Origin: Botryllus schlosseri
Lineage: Eukaryota
Length of the DNA stretch: 64,000 bases
Assembly (NCBI GenBank): GCA_051294905.1
Contig: CM119371.1
Location: forward strand, 15,624,001-15,688,000
Direction: 5' to 3'
Below the pieces are notes generated by a model, which worked only from the letters and a program-made list of their open reading frames with translations, made no database searches and was not told the origin of the DNA. The position numbers and the translations under genes are program-made. Below are positions 58,359 through 64,000 of the stretch, in pieces (within the stretch, counting starts at the first letter, position 1; every line of letters starts with the position of its first letter).

Positions 58359-59493
58359 CAGAGGTCTCAAACACTCGGCCCGCGAGACCATTTTGTGCGT
58401 CCAGCGACGGCATTTTGGATTTCGAAGTATTCGACAATATTTAACTAAAATTTTTATTTAATTCGAGAACTTGAAATTCGCTCTAAAACTACTCCAGAAG
58501 CCAGAAACTACTCATCAAACTTCACTATTACATCACTTTCAAAAGTTACGACGCAACGGAAGATTACCTATTACGTGACATTACTTATTCATGATGGTTG
58601 AACATGACTCGTTGATGATTCGTACTGAAAATAGTGATTTGCTCGAACTCATGGGTGATAAAATAAAAATGACTCGAGTTGAGTCGCGTCAAAAGATACA
58701 AGGAGAGAAGGACTTGGTACAACCACGGACGAAACAAATTATGAAATTTAGATATCTAAGAAGGTCGGTATGGCAACCATTGGCATTATGCTGCCCTCTT
58801 GATGTATAGTTGATTACATCATGCAGTCATCTTGGGTATCTTTATCCATGTTATTATCGCTAATTAAATGTGGCGAGTATAAAGTAGTCGTGGCCTACGC
58901 TTCACATCTGTAACACATTTCTATTGCTATGGCACAGTAATCGGCATATTCAAGTTGTTATTGGTCTGTTCGAATATTCGAAGGTAAGCCTAACGCTGGT
59001 TTAATTTGACTTTGGTAATGACATGATCAATATAGCCTCGTCATCAGGAGTAAACCCGAGACCTGGATTAGGCTATACTGCTGCAATGCTCTGACATCAA
59101 ATCGATCTTTCTAAAATTCTGAAATTCTACCTATATAATTGCGGCACGTCAAATGTCCGCTCAGCTGCAAAATTATAACGCGACAGCTTTTACGATGTTC
59201 TGATGCATTTGTTCTCTCGCATGTTGTCTACAACTAATTATTTTGACAAATTATGCCAAGTACAGCAACAATTTGATTCAAATATCTAAAACTGTTATTT
59301 TATCGTGCCAGGCGTGAATTCGCAATAGTAAATCACATTTTTACGATGCGTGTGACATGTCAGTCTGCAAGGTCCCATCAAATATGGCCTACTTAGAAAT
59401 ATATTGAATTCGCCTATTATTGGTGCTGCGGCCCGCGGCGTCATCAAAAAGTAGGAATTTGGCCCGCGAGCACATTTGAGTTTGAGACCTCTG
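58359..59493. mobile_element. CAGAGGTCTCAAAC-family hAT MITE
   Basis: Perfect 14-bp TIR; TSD ACGTAACC/ATGTAACT (6/8, transitions); about 59350-59493 is the reverse complement of about 32416-32560. Confidence 0.8.
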
Positions 59494-60161
59494 ATGTAAC
59501 TAAAAAACTTACAACAAATGAAATTCTCATTGTATACATGGCAACGACAGAATTTGAAGTATACCGTGCAATAGTAGCAACGAAAATTGTTAAAACGACA
59601 ACGGCATATACCTGGCCTGGGCAAAGTGCGGCCCGCGGGCCACATGCTGCCCGCGGAGCTATTCTGTGCGGCCCGCGAAAGGTTGCTTGAAATTCAAAAT
59701 ATAAAACCTACTTTTTAATGTTGCTGCGTGAACTAAAACCATAGGATGTATAAACTGAACCGGAAATTCGTTTACAATCAAGCCTGTTCAGTGTTCATTA
59801 ACATGCTGCGACTACGCAGCCTATACGTACCTCACACGCGTAGTCCAGATTAAAAATAAAGTCAATGTAGCAAATTATGCCGTTACAATTAAAGTCACAA
59901 GAAGTCACCAAACCTTCTTTGTTTTCATTGTCACATTACGAATTACACGGTCTGTGTTTTAAATTGTTACGTGATGATATTCCAAATCCCTAATTCGTAA
60001 AACAAGTCAATCACTGCCCGTGATTTCTAAGAGTCATCATCACACATAAAGGATGTCAAAAAATAATGCCGAAAGTTTAAATTCAAAGAGGAGTCCTTGG
60101 ATTCAGGGGTAAACCCGTCTTTTTAGTAGTTAGTGCCGAGCATGTCGTCGTGTCTAAGGAG

Positions 60162-63024
60162 CAGGGTTGTAACCAAGTCACAAGGCTCCGAGTCACAAGT
60201 CAATCTCAGTTTTATAGTTTTGACTCGAGTCAAGTCGAGTCATTTTCAATTCACCACCAAGTCAAGTCCGAGTCCAAGTCACCGAGCAGAGGTCCGAGTC
60301 CGAGTCATGGTATTATGACTCGAGTCGAGTCCAAGTGTAGCGACCCTGATACGGCGTCACGTACCTAACAGGGAAGCCGGTGTGTTCCTGGGCTCCGAAC
60401 CTCGTCTCTCTGCGATCGCCGCCTGCCGCGCGCTCGCTACACGAAACGCTTAACACATAGTACACCAGTCCATGCGGTTATAATAAGATTATATTCCACG
60501 ACACAGTACTCAAAACAGCGTTTCACACTAGACTCATATTACACAATACACACAGCGATACATACAAACAGATAACGGAAGCATACGACCTAACTATACG
60601 AGACACAGGCCTACACACAGCACACAAGTACACACAAACCGTATTCCGACAGCTAGGCCTAAACCTACACCAGCAGCAGCGTTTCCTTCTACAGGCGAGG
60701 GACTAACTACGGGACAATATCACTCCCCAGATGCTAGCGCAGCATCGTCCGTGATCTTTCCATGCCCCAGTCAATCTATCTGAACATAGATTCCGACAGG
60801 ATACATATCCACCTCAAGCCTATAAATACAATGCCAACTACCTGCTACTTCACACCCTAGCTGTCTAATACTACAACTACTTCATGCTGCTGTTCCCGAC
60901 TACTCATACTTCACGCTACCAAACACAGAGACATACTCACTCACATCCAGCTTCAGCCACGCTCTCAGCCAACTCTCTGATCAACCAAGTCAACACGCGG
61001 TCTCCAGCCATATCACGTGCAACTTAATTTCTAAACGGCAAATACAGAACATTCTAGAAACCCCGGGATGCCACACTACCCCGGCCTATTTTGATTGAGA
61101 TTTTCTCAAACAAAATCGAAATCACCAATAGCCTAATTCCAGAACAGAACGCTCAAGTCCACAAGCAACTAGCAATAACACGAGTACACTTGGCCTCGCA
61201 GCCTGCTCTCCGACATCAAAGTCCGTCGCACAAGCTTCAACAGCATTCCGCAGCTTCTCCTATTCACAGTCCAAGCTGCCCTCGGTCGAATACGATTCCA
61301 CCGTCAACTAATGACACTTCCCGGAATGAGACGCCCGATTCTCCGCCGCTGTCGAACTTGTCACTGTCGCCTCAGTGCCTACGTCCACCCTGCGCTTCCA
61401 CACTGTCACTGCCCACACCAGGGCTAGCAGCTGCGACCCGATGCTCCACTTGACCAGCATACACATTTATTGAAGCTTCCGCAATCAACGTCAATTGCTA
61501 AGTTTTCCTCAGCCATCCGCCTCCATACTGTACTCCGCCAGCACATAACCCCGAGGCTCAGTCGCATCTTCAAGTGCAAAACTATTCCAGCTGCCGGTTA
61601 TAATTTTCCATAACCAATCCACTCAATATAATCAGTCCAGGCTCCGTAGCCAAACCAGTATACGAGCGCTCGTTCCCATTGTTTACGTCATAACGAATCC
61701 ACCGAACACTCGGTAACCGCGACACAATAACACAGCTATTTCACACGTTCGTACAAAATGGTTCATCTTCCATATACCGATACACGAAAATCGACATCGA
61801 CATATACACAACAGAGGCAATCGCAAAGATGAACAAGGTCCTGGCGTGCTCGCCAAATTGTAGCGACCCTGATACGGCGTCACGTACCTAACAGGGAAGC
61901 CGGTGTGTTCCTGGGCTCCGAACCTCGTCTCTCTGCGATCGCCGCCTGCCGCGCGCTCGCTACACGAAACGCTTAACACATAGTACACCAGTCCATGCGG
62001 TTATAATAAGATTATATTCCACGACACAGTACTCAAAACAGCGTTTCACACTAGACTCATATTACACAATACACACAGCGATACATACAAACAGATAACG
62101 GAAGCATACGACCTAACTATACGAGACACAGGCCTACACACAGCACACAAGTACACACAAACCGTATTCCGACAGCTAGGCCTAAACCTACACCAGCAGC
62201 AGCGTTTCCTTCTACAGGCGAGGGACTAACTACGGGACAATATCACTCCCCAGATGCTAGCGCAGCATCGTCCGTGATCTTTCCATGCCCCAGTCAATCT
62301 ATCTGAACATAGATTCCGACAGGATACATATCCACCTCAAGCCTATAAATACAATGCCAACTACCTGCTACTTCACACCCTAGCTGTCTAATACTACAAC
62401 TACTTCATGCTGCTGTTCCCGACTACTCATACTTCACGCTACCAAACACAGAGACATACTCACTCACATCCAGCTTCAGCCACGCTCTCAGCCAACTCTC
62501 TGATCAACCAAGTCAACACGCGGTCTCCAGCCATATCACGTGCAACTTAATTTCTAAACGGCAAATACAGAACATTCTAGAAACCCCGGGATGCCACACA
62601 AGTCATTATGTTGACTTCCCAGTTTACAGTTAAAGGCTTGTTAAATCCACCTTTTATAACTCTGTTTGGTGATATCGAATGGTTCGCATTTATAATATAC
62701 TAATTTTCGTCATTATTAGCAGTTTCTGGACGTGTTTTCAAGTACCACAACCAATAGACGAAATCCCAATAGTGTGATTACTGTACTATTCCTCGAAATT
62801 ACAATGAAACGTCGGTCTTGGCCGTCTGAGTCTCGAGTCATATGACTTGGTTCGAGTCATGCACAATGACTCGAGTCCAAGTCGAGTCAATACACAACTT
62901 GACTCGAGTCGAGTCGAGTCATTTCCGTATTTTGAGAAAATGACTCGAGTCAAGTCGAGTCATCTGAAAAACGTGACTCGACTCGGACTCGAGTCGAGTC
63001 ATGACTCGAGTCATTACAACCCTG
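60162..63024. mobile_element. GACTCGAGTC-array hAT-type MITE (about 600 bp) split by an LTR element
   Basis: TIR CAGGGTTGTAA; perfect TSD CTAAGGAG (60154-60161, 63025-63032). Confidence 0.88.
60336..62598 (-). mobile_element. Non-autonomous LTR retroelement (TRIM/LARD-like), probably Gypsy-dependent
   Basis: Two 740-bp TG...CA LTRs (60336-61075, 61859-62598); 4-bp TSD CAAG; minus-strand PBS TGGCGAGCACGCCAGGAC (61855-61838) and purine-rich AGGCCGGGGTAG before the 3' LTR; 783-bp internal region without recognisable gag/pol. Confidence 0.9.
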
Positions 63025-63899
63025 CTAAGGAGTTTAATTTAAGTCGGTTCTATGACAAAAACACGACGATATACACTCGGTCAAGGGACGGCGAATTTCT
63101 AAAGAACTGCCAGCTTTGCTCAAAACGAGGCCATTTCCCCGAACTCTATACTGGGGGAGGGGGGCGAGATCGAAGGGGGCCCAAAATTATTTTGTGAATT
63201 AAGATAAATTACGGATTTTGTTTCAATTTATACAACTGACTTAAAATTATTCTCGCGTTGTGCGAGATTTAGATATCAATGTGTTATAGAATTGGCCATT
63301 TCAGCGTCAGCCATTACCTCGCCACGACGCACCGAGACATATGAAGTTTAGGCAAACACGGGACTCCGAGAAGGCACTGCAGTTGAAACTTCTGATCAAA
63401 TTAACAAAGTTAAGTGGAAAAAGTTCGACAACGAGAAAACCTTGGCCGAAAAGGACTGTCGTTATGTTGACCGAAAACCACGATGTCCATAGGAAATATT
63501 TGGCAATGAAGAAATTCCAATTTGGAAAAGTGTGCGTTTTTTAGAATAGTACGCTTTGGCGACTTCAATATCTTTTCACATAGCAGACGGGTAAACGGAC
63601 GGTAAAACTGAGTACAATCATGAAAAAATTTCGTGCATGGCGCGATTAGGGCGTAAAACGTTACTAATTAGTGTATACAAGAAATCTCTCTCAGAAGTAG
63701 TGCTAAAACTGTGCACCCTGATGGGGGTCTGGTCTGGGGGGAGGCGTCGCCATTGTTTCGAAATATGACGGAAAAAAGATATTTTGTTTTTGGTAATTAA
63801 CCGTCACTTTCTCATTCCCCAATATCGACACATCCATTGAGCACCATTTAGTGTAATTCACTGTTTTCAATTTATAAATAAAATCAATACGCTGGAGAA

Positions 63900-63983
63900 T
63901 ACAGCTAAAATTTCTGACTCGGCCCGCCAAAATATTTTCTGCTTCTCATTTGGCCCGCGGAGAAAGATAATTGCCCACCCCTG
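63900..63983 (-). repeat. hAT MITE end (CAGGGGTGGGCAA family)
   Basis: CTTCTCATTTGGCCCGCGGAG...AATTGCCCACCCCTG is the reverse complement of about 2613-2660; partner end not found. Confidence 0.6.
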
Positions 63984-64000
63984 GGATATACAAAACAAAG

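Noticed and set aside
61091-61453. 120-aa ORF in the LTR element internal region as gag
   Set aside because: It is on the strand opposite to the PBS/PPT orientation, is low-complexity S/P-rich and has no CCHC or capsid motif.
58600-63200. Downstream exons of the mosaic gene (about 58935-58983, 62720-62820, 63030-63150)
   Set aside because: The first two lie inside TSD-bounded MITEs, and none gives a convincing phase-1 acceptor with an open recognisable domain.

Overview
Eukaryotic (animal) genomic DNA, AT-rich and dense in transposons. GT-AG spliceosomal introns, hAT/P/L1-Tx1/Penelope/LTR elements and tRNA-derived SINEs rule out a prokaryote. A marine invertebrate such as an ascidian is my guess only. 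Most short ORFs in the supplied track (many with GTG/TTG starts) are noise. Host genes: two intronless BTB-BACK-Kelch genes (16178-17779 intact; 33931-35594 split by one frameshift) and a hand-assembled 8-exon + strand gene (37966-57980, open at the 3' end). That gene encodes signal peptide - Ly6/uPAR (LU) - fibronectin type III - LU - trefoil, with all seven splice phases consistent; this is the most novel item. Its 9-kb second intron holds a full-length, ORF-intact Tx1/L1-clade retrotransposon (44209-49828, 10-bp TSD). Other mobile DNA includes a decayed THAP/P element (about 100-bp TIRs, 7-bp TSD) nested in a 7.5-kb hAT-type element, and more than a dozen hAT-type MITEs with readable 8-bp TSDs, with two cases of unrelated elements using the same 8-bp target. 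There is also a non-coding LTR element with apparently identical 740-bp LTRs, Penelope-like 3' fragments carrying a minimal hammerhead-ribozyme consensus, a CR1-group LINE fragment, and an old triplicated unit of about 1.4 kb. All alignments were done by eye; no database search was run.
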